A DNA stretch of 64,000 bases, from NCBI RefSeq assembly GCF_009914755.1, contig NC_060927.1; one strand, 5' to 3'. This stretch comes from the human T2T-CHM13v2.0 reference genome, Homo sapiens. This document shows, in pieces, positions 37,988-51,269 of this stretch. The position numbers and the translations under genes were made by a program. Numbering within the stretch: position 1 is the first letter of the stretch; each line of letters starts with the position of its first letter. The notes beneath the pieces were generated by a model. It did no database searches, had not been told where the DNA came from, and saw nothing but the letters and a program-made list of their open reading frames with translations.

Positions 37988-39568
37988 AAGAGCACGCTTT
38001 ATTGGGAAGCAGAGGGCTATACAGTGAGCAACAGATGAAGGCTGCCCAGTAGGCATTTTTTACATCATACTCCAAAAGACACACAGGGGGTTTTGCTAAT
38101 AAAAATCAACTAGAAAATGGATTCCTCTGGGCAACTTCTCCAACCTCATCCCTTTTAGGGCTCAGGATATCTCCCAACTATTTTTCTGATGGCAACTGTG
38201 GTTTACTAGAGATAGAGCCCCTCAGGGGTGCCCTTATTTTTTATAAAGAATATTTTCTTATGTTTTTTTGAAGTCTTCATTTGTTACTTTCATTCTACTT
38301 TCTCTTAAGGTCATCAGATCACCTTCTGTACAGACTGCCTTGATGTCAGCACCAAAGAGGTCATCTTTGGCCGTAATCAAGTTGTCCAGGGTTACATCAC
38401 TGGCCAAAGTCGTGTTGTTCATGTGAATCTGAAAAATGTACTTCTTCATCCTTTTATCAGGCAGGGGGAACTCAGTCTTCCTGTCAATGTAGCCTGGCCT
38501 GGTAAGTGTTGGATCCTAAGTTTCTATTTGGTTTGTGGCTATGATAACTTTAATATCTCCCCTTGAATCAGATCCATGCAACTGGTTCAACAGTTCCAAC
38601 ATTGTTCACTAAATTTCTCTCTCACCACCAAAATTTGAGTCATAGTTTTTCCCAATGGCATCAATTTCATCAATAAACATGATGAAAGGTGCATATTCTT
38701 CAGCAGCTCAAAACAATTCCCATGTGAGTTTGGGCCCATCACCAAGGTACTTCTGAATAAGTTCAGAACCAACCACCCTCAAGAAAGTGGCTGAGGTTTG
38801 ACATGCTACTGCTTTGGCTAACAAGGTTTTACCTGGGGCATATGGACCATAGAGAATGACCCCCTTATCTGGCTTTAAACCCATCTCTTAATAATATTCA
38901 GGATGAGTGAGAGGAAGCTCCACAGATCTCTTACTTAATTTCCTGGATTTGGTTGTCCAACCACCAATACTGGCATAGGTCTCCTGGGGACCATTTCCAC
39001 CTTCATCACTGTGACTAAGGAATCTGTGTCATTCATCAGCACCCTTTTCATGGTATTCAACTTGCGGTTGAGCGGGACCAAGAAGCCAGTTCCAACAGAT
39101 CCTTGTCTACAAATAAAAGAAAGCTGATGTAGTGTTCTGACCCCGCATATCTAGACACAATGGTGTGACTGCCATCAATGATCTCTTCCAAGGTTTCTAG
39201 TGTCATAGTGGTCCCCCTCAGGTCATCCGCTTTTGCTTTTCCCTCCTAATGCTTTTCTTCTAATGGTTTTATCTGTTCCTGATTTCTAATGGCTTCTTCC
39301 TCCATGAGAATAGAGTCTTTCATTCTCACTAATTTCAATAATTTTAACTGGCATTGAATGTGAGGTATCACCAGTGGCAGTTTGCTGGCAGCATCTGGTC
39401 TTTTTGTTTTCTCCTTCTTTTCCTCCCCTATAATTGGTACAAGAGGTTCATATTTCTTTTTATTGTCCTTGTCATCCTTCTTGCCACCTCTAGGACCATA
39501 ACCACCACTCTGACTTTGACCCATCTTGCCTTGGCAACTCGAGTTTCTGCTGCCAGAAGTACCTCCAC
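37988..39568 (-). pseudogene. PSMC1: Full-length processed pseudogene of PSMC1 (26S proteasome AAA-ATPase Rpt2/S4); CDS remnant 39524-38206
   Basis: [28 protein letters not shown]-terminus; mutated Walker [14 protein letters not shown]; [10 protein letters not shown]; C-terminus GTPEGLYL*; 5' UTR; 3' UTR with AATAAA at 38003-37998. No introns, with multiple stops and frameshifts. Confidence 0.96.
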
Positions 39569-39834
39569 CAGAAAGGAGAACTCTTTACACTGTTGGTGGG
39601 AATGTAAATTATACTGTAAATAAACAGTATGGATGTTCCCCAAAAAATTAAAAATAGAATTACCATATGATTCAATAATCCCATCATTGGGTATATATCC
39701 AAAAAAAGGAAATCAGTATGCTGAAGAGATATCTTCACTGCCATGCTTATTGCCATGCTATTCACAATAGTCAAGATGTGAAAGCAACCTAAGTGTCCAT
39801 CAATAGATGGATGGATAAAGAAAATGTGATATAT

Positions 39835-40005
39835 TGGGGGTTGGGGGAAAGGGGGAGGGAGAGCATTAGGACAAATACCTAAGGCATGCGGGGCTTAAAA
39901 CCTAGATGATGGGTTGATAGGTGCAGCAAACCACCATGGCACATGTATACCTACGTAACAAACCTGCACATTCAGCACATTTATCCCAGAACTTAAATTA
40001 AAAAG
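39835..40005 (+). mobile_element. Short L1PA8-like 3'-end insertion
   Basis: gcattaggacaaatacctaa-gcatgcggggcttaaaacctagatga. TSD aagaaaatgtgatatat / aagaaaatgttacatat. Confidence 0.88.
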
Positions 40006-41106
40006 AAGAAAATGTTACATATATGATATATATGTGTATATGATATATATATACACACAATGGAATACTATTCAGCCATAAAACAAATGAAATCCTGTCA
40101 TTTGCAATAACATGAATGAACCCAGAGGACATCGTGTTATATAATCTAAACACAGAAAAACAAACACGAAACACCACATAATCTTACTTGTGTGTGGAAT
40201 CTAAAAAAAGTTGATTTCATAGAAATAGTACAATAGTTGTTACCAGAGGCTGGGAAAGGTAGTGGGGAAGGGAACAAGGAGAGATTACTCAGCAGGTACA
40301 AAGTTACAATTAGGAAGAATTCGTTCTGGTGTTCTATTACCCAGTAGAGTGACTATAGCAAATAAAAATGTGATACATATTTTAAGATAGCCAGAAGAGA
40401 AGAGTTCCAATGTTATCACCACAAAGAAATGATAAAAATTTAAAGTGATGGATATGATAATTACCCTAATGTGATCATTATATAATGTATTCATGCACTG
40501 AAACATTACATGTATCCTGTAAATATATAATTATTGTCAGTTACAAATTCAAAAAATTAATACTAAAAAAAGGAATGGAGCTAAATCTTTGAACTAAAAA
40601 GATCAAGTCCAGTGGTGTGTAACTCATTAGGCTGTATCCTCTGTGTTATGATATTCACAAATATGATTTCATAAAAAATGGCATCACATGCAAAATGTAT
40701 TTTTATTTGCTTTGAATTGTAGATTATTTCTATTTTCTGCTTGTTTTTGTGCTTTTTCATGCCAACCTTTCATGAATATTTCAGCATAATCTTTTGTTTG
40801 TTTCTAGAGAAATCCTGCTCATGAAAATCCCTTATCACCCCTGAGCCTCATCCCTGAGCATTAAAAAAAACCATGTTCTTAGGGAACAAAAGGATAACCT
40901 CAAGTAATAGAAGTGAGTTTTCATTCAATCCCTTCCTAAGCAAAGTGAGATAACAAGACAATTATACATTGTAATATTAATTCTTTAGATTACATGCAAA
41001 TGAGTCCTACTTGGTTCAAATAACTCTGTTTTTTTCTACTGCCCACAGAATAATTATTTAACACCTATCTTGGCCCTAGATATTTAGACTTTTACCCAAA
41101 AAGCTT

Positions 41107-41545
41107 AGTATTTATTTTCTAGTGATTGCTATAACAAATTACTACAAACTTGGTCACTTAAAACAACAGAAAGTTATTCTCTCACTGTTTTGGAGGCCAG
41201 AAGTCTGAAATTTAGGTGTTGGCAGAGCTCCACTACCTCTGGGGGATGTATGGGAGAATCCATTCCTTGCCTCTTTCAGCTTCTGGTGGTTTGTCATATT
41301 CTTTGATTTGTGTCCACATCACTCCAGTTTCTGCCTCAGAGTCACATCGCTTCCTTCCCTTGGGTGTTTCTTTTGTAAGGACACTTGTCACTGGATTTAG
41401 AATCTATCTGGATAATCTAGCATCTCCTCACATCTTCATTTCAAAATCTCTAACTTAATTACAACTGCAAACATCCTTCAATTACACATTCCAGAAGTTA
41501 GGACATGGATGTATTTTCAGCGAGGCCACCAATCAGCCCACTAGA
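41107..41545 (-). mobile_element. MLT1C-type LTR
   Basis: gctataacaaattactacaaacttgg-cacttaaaacaacagaaa...ggaggccagaagtctgaaat...aatcagcccacta. Confidence 0.8.
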
Positions 41546-41686
41546 CTTTGATTAAGTTTCACTCATGAGTTCCTCTTTGATTTACCAATCAGACATGGTA
41601 CCGCTTTATTCATCTTTAGGATGTTAATGCTGGATGAAAATACTTTGTACTTGTATCATTTGTGGCATACTCAATTGCAAGAATTG

Positions 41687-42168
41687 CGATGTGGTTTGGC
41701 TGTGTCCCCACCCAGATTGTAGCTCCCACAATCCCTACGTGTCATGGGAGAGACCCAGTGGGAGGCAATCAAATCACAGGGGTGGGTTTTCCCGTGCTGT
41801 TCTCCGAATAAGTCTCACAAGATTAGATGGTTTTATAAAGGGGAGTTCTCCCTCTCCCCCTCTCCCCCTCTCCCCCTCTCTCCCCCTCTCTCCCCCTCTC
41901 TCCCCCTCTCTCCCCCTCTCTCCCCCTCTCTCCCCCTCTCTCTCTCTCCCCCTCCCCCTCCCCCTCCCCCTCCCCCTCCCCCTCTCTCTCTCTCTCGCCT
42001 GCCAGCATGGAAGATGTGCCTTTGCCGCCTTTGCTCCCTTCTCCCTTCCGCCATGATCGTCAGACCTCCCCAGCCATGTGGAACTGTGAGTCAATTAAAC
42101 CTCTTTCCTTAGTAAATTACCCAGTCTCAGGTAGGTCTTTATTAGCAGTATGAGAACAGACTAATACA
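41687..42168 (+). mobile_element. THE1-type solo LTR with an internal pyrimidine-tract expansion
   Basis: gatgtggtttggctgtgtccccacc...gagaacagactaataca, with TSD aattg on both sides. Confidence 0.9.
41846..41997. repeat. C/T-only tandem repeat (TCCCCCTCTC)n / (CCCCCT)n
   Basis: About 150 bp with no purines on the + strand; 10-mer repeated ~7-8 times. Confidence 0.95.
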
Positions 42169-42479
42169 AATTGTTTTATTTTTCACCTCTAATTAGAAAA
42201 GAGGCACATATAACAAATATCAGTCAAATAAATAATTTAGACTGCATAAAATCTTCAGCATTGCAATCACACTCTGAATGTTATTTATACAGAAAGTCTT
42301 CAGCAACTAAAATTAACACACTCTCAAAGTACAAAAATCTACAAAGGAACATATAGATGAAATTATTCATACATTTCCATTTATATTAACAGAATACTTT
42401 TTCTATTTTAACTTGTATTGGGTCACTTTATTCTACAGTTAGATCATATTAGTTTCTTCCATTCCTTCTTCAAATAGTA

Positions 42480-43130
42480 GTGAATGCTGCTCGGTTCAAA
42501 CCTTCTCTTTTCATATGCCTTATCTCTCTTAATGACATCATCATCCATTAAAAGCTGGAAATGTGCCATTCCATTCTTCTCCTTCTTTCACCTGTTCCAC
42601 AGCCAGTCACTGATAAAGTCCTATGGATCTTACCTTCTAAATATCTTTTAATGCATTAATTCTCTCCACCTGTCTTCCCTATTTCCCCCATTGTCTTGGT
42701 TCAGACACTTATCAACTCTTATTTGATCAATGTAAATAGTAATGTAATATTCCTAGTTCCCGTAAGGCCTCACCCATGACTTCCCGCACACTGCCTTTGA
42801 TTACTGGTCCCTTTCCAAAACACAAACCCACTCACTTCATTCTCTGACTTAGAAAACTCCTAGAGTTCCATGCTCACATGCTAAAGTCTGAATTATGCTT
42901 TATGACATACAAACCTATCTAGAATCTCTTCCAATCACCTCCAACTCCCCCCACATTCCAGCTAAATTGAAGTTTACACTATTCTTTAAGAATTTTCTAA
43001 TTATTTTGCTCTTGAGTGTTTTATCTGGAAAGCTCAGTACTAACTACTCTTTATCCTTGTTTAATGACACATTCCTATTTATCTTTCAATAAACAATTCA
43101 AATATCTCTCATTCTGTGACATCTGCCTCC
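42480..43130 (+). mobile_element. L2 fragments
   Basis: ccagtcactgataaagtcctatggatcttaccttctaaatatct... and similar pyrimidine-rich L2 phrases. Confidence 0.5.
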
Positions 43131-43180
43131 AAAAGTTCTTATTGATCACGGTGATATTTTTACATATAAAAAATAGGATT

Positions 43181-43474
<294 letters not shown>

Positions 43475-44136
43475 AAAAAAGGATTAACATTTATATATTA
43501 CTCACCTGTAAGGCCTATTGTTAAAATGTTGAAATAGTTTCATTCTGCCTTTATTATTAGGTAGAGTCCTAAACTATCTTCCCAATGATCATGGCTGCCA
43601 GGTCCTTCTCCGGAACCTCAAATCTCCCCATCATCAAACACTAAAAGAGAAATACTTGATTCTCCAAGGAGGCTGCAGGAACTTGTTGCAATACTATGGT
43701 TAACAATGATTCTGATTTGTCAATGCCTGTATGTTGTTATAATTTTTAAGATTTTTAAATATTACCTCTGACTAAGAAGGAAATCAGAGAGTTAATACTC
43801 TCTCAATTTTATAATTTAGAGCATCTTCCATGAGTAGAAACTATTCAATTATGCTAGAAACTCAAGAGTTAATCATATGCCCTTAAAGGATCTATAGTTA
43901 GCAAGAAAAATGATATATTTATGTACATAAACTAATATATCTTATATCATATAACTGAGTCATGCATAGTGCAAAGAACTATGTGTTACAGAAGAGGAAG
44001 CAATCACTGCTGGCCAGATGAAATAGAAATGAAACCTGACAAATGCACGCAATTTTAGTAAAGGTAGAAAGGTACATCAGGAAGGCAATTCCCAGTTGAG
44101 CTGAATATTTGGTGCAAGCAATGACTGAGATAATAG

Positions 44137-44559
44137 TGATAGAGGCAAGAGACAGACAAATGCTGTCCCGGTCATTGTGCACAGGGGGTTTGCCTAAACG
44201 TGCCCATGGTGAAAAATCCCGTCCCTTAACACTTGCGCAGTAAGGGAAATAAATCAATGTGGAGTGGCTCAGACTAGGGGCCCACGTGTGCACTGGAAGA
44301 ATGGGGTGGAGCCAGGAGGAATTGGTGCCTTATCCAGGGGAGGAGCCGAGCCTCTTCAGCACATGATGGGTGGCTGGTATTCAATTTTTGTGAGGTAGAA
44401 AACCTGCGTCCAGGACCCCTCTTTTTGTTGAGAGCTTTCCTTTTGCTTAATAAATTCCGCCCTCCTCGCCTTTCAGTGTGTCTGCGTCCCGCACTTTTCC
44501 TGGTCATGAGTCAAGAACCTGGATTTTAGCTGAACTAAGAAGAAAAAAATCCTGCATCA
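44137..44559 (+). mobile_element. MER61C/E-type solo LTR
   Basis: tgatagaggcaagagacagacaaatgc...ttaataaattccgccctcctc...agctgaactaag...cctgcatca, with TSD atag on both sides. Confidence 0.85.
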
Positions 44560-44882
44560 ATAGTATGTGCGCAATGATAGTGGTTAAATCAGTTTGACCC
44601 AAACATTTGATGTACATAAGTAAACAGGAAAAATTAAGCCAATAAATATATGATGGGAAGCATGACAAGGAAGACTAAGGAGTGGGCATTTGTTCAATGG
44701 GCAGTGGTTTTTTTTTGACAATATTATTTAAAATTGTGGGGAAAAAAGAGCAGGTAATTGTTAATAAAGCAATGGTTAAAACAGTTATGATACATTCATA
44801 CGACGGAATTTTTTAAAAACGGGGTAGATCCATATTTATTGACAGAAACCACTATGACAAACTAACTTATAAAAGCAAGTCC

Positions 44883-45187
<305 letters not shown>

Positions 45188-46927
45188 AAAAGCAAGTCCG
45201 AGTCAGTGCACTCTCTCTCTAGCTCTGTTTCTCACCCTCTCCCTTCTTTTAATCAAAAACAGTACCTGTAACTTATTTGAAGAATTTTGAAAGCTTATAT
45301 AGAAAACTAATAAGAAAGCTTATATATAAAACTATCCCCACCATTTAATAGGATTTTATAAATGTTATGCTTCATAAGAATATTATTTAACAGAGGCATT
45401 GAAGATATTTAAGCATGGGAATAATATGATAGAAACTGTTTTTGTGGGGAAGATTATTTTTAATCCTTAAGACATGGAAGAATTTTCAAAATTTGAGAAG
45501 TGTTTATTTTTTATTAACTTTAGTATTAGAGTGTAATTTTTTTATTTCAATTTTTACAGAAAAAGTTTTTTTCCACTGATGTTGATTTTCGAAGACAGAA
45601 ACCAAATTTGTAAGTGTAGATGTAGATGTTTCCTGATTACTCAAAAATTGTTCAGTGGCTTTCTCTTAAACTGTTCTAAACAACACACAATTACTGTGCT
45701 TTGCAATCCTTTGTTTCCCAAAGGGAACAACTCTTCAAAACCTGAATGCAAAGAATGTGCTAAATAAGCCTCCAGTGATCAAATAAGGCATCTCTGCAAG
45801 AAACATTTGAAAATAAAAATATCCTTCTGTATTATCTATGCCACAAATTGGGCTGTTTCTTTAATGCATGCCTGTGGACTTCATTTAAAAGAATATATGA
45901 TTCCACAAAAAAGATTTGAGGGGGAGTTTTATGGATGAAAAAGAAAGATTAAAATTAACTTCATTGTCCCCTTCTCCACTAATAACACTTATTGGATGAA
46001 AACGGGAGAAGGAGGTATCTTTTGACGTCAAGATCTATACACAATTACTTGGTGCATTTTGTTGTTTTATTCAAGACTATTTTCAATATAAATTTTTTTC
46101 CCCTTTGCCTCAAAGTTCTTGCCAAATTGCTGCTACCTGTTAAGGCAAGTGGGGACTGCTACTGAGTAATTTGTACCAGCCTGTAGACATGGAGAGTACT
46201 TCAAAAGCATACCAAGTTGGTACACTGAACAAATATTTTTTATGAAAATATTTTATTTTTTGACTTTGAGTTTGAACAAGAAACTAAAGGCAATTAAACT
46301 CAGTAAGGTCTTAGAAAACTTTAAATTTAACATTTCATCACTTAAAAGAAACAAAGCCAGTTCTTTTTTCTTATGTGGTCAATTAAGAAATAATGAAATT
46401 AGAATAATGAGAAAGCTATGCTCATATATTCTAAAACCAGTCGGCTGTGTTCAATGTTATGATTGAATTACCCCTACATTATTTTGTGGAATCTCAAAAG
46501 ACTAGCCTCGCATATTTAAAAATAAAAGAAGAATTTACCTTTGGGTTAAACATAACAATGTATATTATATGTCTAATTACATTTATATAGTTACACAAGA
46601 CATAGATATATATGACACAAATATACATATATTTATATACATAGATACATTTGATGATTTATAAAAACAATGATTGGTTTATATAAGCTAAAATGTTCTA
46701 ACGAGACCAAATTACTGAATTTGCTTTAGAAACTTATTTTCATGAAATCTACAATGTTCAAACTCTTAACATTATAAAATATGCAGCTCTCCTTGTAGGA
46801 GGTGTCGTGATAAAAGCAGATCATTTGACAAAGCAAGTTGTTAATTCCTTGTTGATGCTATCAAATGTTACAACATTAAATGTGTGACCAGGAGTGAAGT
46901 CTTCATACCCCCCCACCAATATTTTGC

Positions 46928-49150
46928 TTTTATTTTTTCAACTTTTATTTTAGATTCAGGGGGTATATATGCAAGTTTGTTACCTGTGTATATGACATGA
47001 TGCTGAGGTTTGGGATACAAATGATCCCATCACACAGGTACTGAGCATAGTATCCAACATTTAGTTTTTCAACCTTTTCCCCGATTCCTTTCCCCATCTA
47101 GTGGTTCCCAGTGTCTATTATTGCCATCTTTATGTCCATGAGTACCCAATGTTTAGTTCTCACTTATTAGTGAGAACATGTGGTATTTAGTTTTCTGTTC
47201 CTGCATTAATTTACTTAGGACAGTGGCTTCTAGCTGCATCCATGTTGCTGGAAAGGACATGACTTGGTTCTTTTTTGTGAATCTATAGTATTCCATGGTG
47301 TACAGATACCACATTTTCTTTATGCAGTCCACCACTGATGGGCACCTGGTATGATTCTATTTCTTTGCCATTGTGAATAGTGCTGCGATGAACATGCAAG
47401 TGCACATGTCTTTTTGGTAGAATGTTCTGCTTTCTTTTGGCTATATAGCCAGTAATGGGATTGCTGGATTAAATGGTTGTCCTGTTTTAAGTTCTTTGAG
47501 AAGTCCTCAAACTGCTGTCCACAATGGCTGAATTTACATTTCCACCAACAGTGTATAATGTTCCCTTTTATCTGCAGCCTTGCCAGCATCTGTTGTTTTC
47601 TGACTTTTTAATCATAGCCTAGTGTGAGATAGTATCTCATTGAGATTTTGATTTACATTTCCCTGATTAGTGATGTGCAGCATTTTTCATGGGTTTGTTG
47701 GCCAATTGCACGTCTTATTTTTAAAAATGTCACTTCATGTCTTCTGCCCATTTTTTAATAAGGTTATTTGTTTTTTGCTAGTTCATTAAGTTCCTTATAG
47801 ATTCTAGCTATTAGACCTCCCTGGGATGCATAGTTTGCAAATATTTCTCCTATTCTATAGGTTGTCCATTTACTCTTTTGACAGTTTCTTTTGCTATGCA
47901 GCTCTTTAATTAGGTCCCACTTGTTAATTTTTGTTTTTGTTACAGCTGCTTTTGAGGACTTAATCATAAATTCTTTGCCAAGATTGATGTCCAGAATGGT
48001 GTTTCCTAGGTTTTCTCCTAGGATTCTTATAGTTTGAGGTCCTACATTTAAATTTTTAATCTAACTTGAGTTAATTTTTGTATATGGTGAAATGTAGGGG
48101 TCCAGTTTCATTCTTCTACATATGGGCTAGCCAGCTTTCCCAGCACCGTTTATTGAGTAGGGAGTCCTTTCTCCATTGCTTATTTTTGTCAACTTTGTGG
48201 AAGATCAGAAGGCTGTAGATGTGCAGCTTTATTTCTGGACTGCCTATTCTGTTCCATTGGTCCATATGTCTGTTTTTAAACCAGTACCATGCTGCTTGGG
48301 TTATTGCAGCCTAATAGTATAGTTTAAGTCACTTAGTGTGATGCTTCTGGCTTCATTCTTTTTGCTTAGAATTGCTTTGGTCATTTGGGCTCTTTTTTAA
48401 TTCTATGGGCATTTTAGTACACTTTTTCCAATTCTGTGAAAAATGACATTGGTGGTTTGGTAGAAATAGTGTTCAATCTATAGATTGCTTTCAACAGTAT
48501 GGTCATTTTAATGACATTGATGTTCCAATCCATGTGTATGGAATGTTTTTCTATTTATTTGTGTCATCTATGATTTCTTTTAGCAGTGTAGTTCTCCTTG
48601 TAGAGGTGTTTCAATTCCTTGGTTAGATATATTCCTAGGTGTTTTACTTTTTTGTGCTATTGCAAATGGGATTGCATTCTTGATTTGGCTGGAATATTAT
48701 TGATGCATTGAAATGCTGATTTTTGTACACTGAGTTTGTATCCTGAAACTTCACTGAAGTCATTTGTCAGTTACAGGAGCCTTTGGGAAGAGTCTGTAGG
48801 TTTCTGTAGGTATAGAATCATATTGCCTGTGAAGACAGTTTGACTTCTTTCTCTAGATGGATGCCTTTTATTTCTTTATCTTGCCTGATTTCTCTGGCTG
48901 TTCCTTCCAGAAATATGTTGAATAAGAGTCATGAGAGTGGCCATCCTTTTCTTATTCCAGTTCTCAAGGGAAATGCTTCCAGTTTTTGCCTGTTCAGCGT
49001 GACGTTGGCTGTTCGTCATAGGTGACTCATTATTTTGAGGTATTTTCTTTCAATGCCTAGTTTGTTGATGGTTTTTAATCATGAAGCGATCTTAGATTTT
49101 ATCAAAAGCTTTTTTTTTCATCTATTGAGATGATCATATGGTTTTTCTTC
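46928..49150 (-). mobile_element. 5'-truncated L1PA15/16-like element
   Basis: 3' UTR ttagattcagggggta...tgatgctgaggtttggg...gatcccatcac. ORF2 C-terminal remnant (IKKMWYLYTMEYY, KYHMFSLIS). Confidence 0.88.
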
Positions 49151-50614
49151 CCAAAACCATTTTTGAAAGAGATAAATTAAAATGTAGAGGTAAGGAGCAT
49201 TATGTGGGGAGTTCCATTTAATTTAGTTTGATTCTTTTTTAAGAAAACATTCACTGCATACAAATATCAGGTATTAGTGTCAGGTAGTACATATATAAAA
49301 AGACATTTACTTCCCTTGATAGTCATGGGATGGCTGATTGGCTGGTAGTAAATGGACAATACTGAGCTAAATGTAAAATGATCACCAAAGCAAATGGCTA
49401 TTTAAGAGTTAAGGTGAGAAAGAAAAGAAAAAAAGAACTTGAAAGTCAATGGAATTTGCCAAGCTTTTTTATTCAAAGAAACATTTTACCTTGAATGTGC
49501 TTTCATTCAAGTGGCAGTATGAATAGATATAGATGTGCAGTTTATTTGGGCTTTCATAACAGATATGTGTAATATATATGATATTATATTCAAGAATACA
49601 TATATTCAGGAATAGTCTTAAGGTCAAAATTTCTTGCTTTCATGAAGAGCTTTAGATATTAAGTATAAAACAACATAGAAAAAGCTATGTTTTGTTTTTC
49701 TTTGCTTTGCTTTTTGTTCTTCCTCCAGAGGAATGTATTTAAAATAAAAAATAACTAAGATATGTTTTCCTACAATAGAGAAACTCTATCTTTAAAATTC
49801 AGGAAAAAAAAAAGTCTGACCGAACAGCACATCAGGGCTTCAAGTCCCACTGCAGTTTTTCTCTGACTGATATTCACAATCCCTAAATTACAGAGGAATT
49901 GAAAATAGCAGAGGCAAACTTAACAATTCAGTAGTCAAAACCAAGTTGCTTTGTCATCAAAATAAAATAAAATGTATCGGCAATCTTACACATAAACAAC
50001 AAAAATCCTTACTCCTGGTGAGGTTTACCAGAGTTGATCTGGAATTGTACAATGCATATAAAATTACCCCATTTGTTCAGTTAGGATTTTACTCTAACAA
50101 ACAACAACTTTTATCTGTTTACCCTAGGCCATTCAAGGGATATATATTTGTATTTGTAATTCACACATATATATGTTATTTATTTTCTCAGAAACTCACA
50201 AAGGGTGCAATGGAGAAATTAATATTCACTTATATGTCATATTAAACTTGCCAACATAAGTCATGAATGTCCTCTCTGATATGCCTAAGACCCTGCCTCA
50301 CTCCTAAGGCGAGCTCTTTTGTTAGTTCATGTGTCCAGGACTCAGGACAGTGCCCACAGTTAGAAGATGCATATTATATGTGTTGAGTGGATCAATTGAA
50401 CGAATGGGAACAATTCTAATGCTGTTCTTAAGCTTTACATTTTACTAAAGTTCAAACTAAGAGACAAGTCCGGACTTTGCAGAGGGGGCACTAAAGATTT
50501 GGAAACATTTAAAAATATTGAAAAATCACAGAGAAAATTTTTCATTGAAATTGATTCCTGTGCTCTGCAGGAATTACTAATCGAGATCACTAATCGAATT
50601 ACTCATCGAGATTG

Positions 50615-50705
50615 CTATTCTTGATTTAGTAAGACTGAGGATGCAGTGGGCATGTGTGCATTTTTAACAATAGCCCCAGGTGATTTTAAGGTCATTTTCA
50701 AGGTG
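50615..50705. mobile_element. MER5-family fragment
   Basis: tgatttagtaagactgagg...tgtgcatttttaacaatagccccaggtgatttt. Confidence 0.5.
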
Positions 50706-51269
50706 ACCAAAACCAAATATTTGTACAAAAGAGCTATAATGTACCATTCATCATCTTCATGAAGAACAGAGTAGATGTCAGAGTCACTGAAATTAAATAC
50801 ATGTGCCTTATCAGATTTTGACTGTGTGTGTATGTTTAACAGCATGAATTTAAGTTACTCTAAGCTGTTATGTTTAAAATAAATTTTAATAGTTAAGAGA
50901 AAAATTCAGGCCTTAGAACAAAATGTAAGGCTTATATTTTCTAGGAACTGACAGTTGTCCTGTACTACTAAGTTGGAAACTCAAACTAGCAGAGAAGTGG
51001 GCGTTGTAAATCAAAAGCCTGAATTGACCTGCATTGTATCTTTAAAAAGACAACATACATAAGAAGACTGGGATACTCAGGATCATTTTGTACAAATTGC
51101 TCCTAAGAATCCAGCTTTGAGAAAAGAGATGAAAACTGTTTAACTATATTATGTCTAGGGAGACTTGATAATAAGAGAATACAGAAAAAGGAAGCTATAA
51201 GCATCTTCGAAATGCCTGGAAATTCTACTTTTACATTAAATTGGCATTAAAATTTTATTTTTATTTCTA

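Larger units (their letters stand above)
36626..40571 (+). mobile_element. 5'-truncated L1MA (L1MA4-like), interrupted by the PSMC1 pseudogene and an L1PA8 fragment
   Basis: ORF2 remnants (LFADG; [23 protein letters not shown]). Sequence resumes at 39569. L1MA-type 3' UTR and A-rich tail. Confidence 0.88.

Noticed and set aside
38206-39524. Functional PSMC1 retrogene
   Set aside because: Stop after codon 92, several frameshifts, and an altered Walker A motif.
41634-42112. Pro/Leu/Ser-rich and Gly/Glu/Arg-rich ORFs on both strands
   Set aside because: They are translations of the C/T tandem repeat inside a THE1 LTR.
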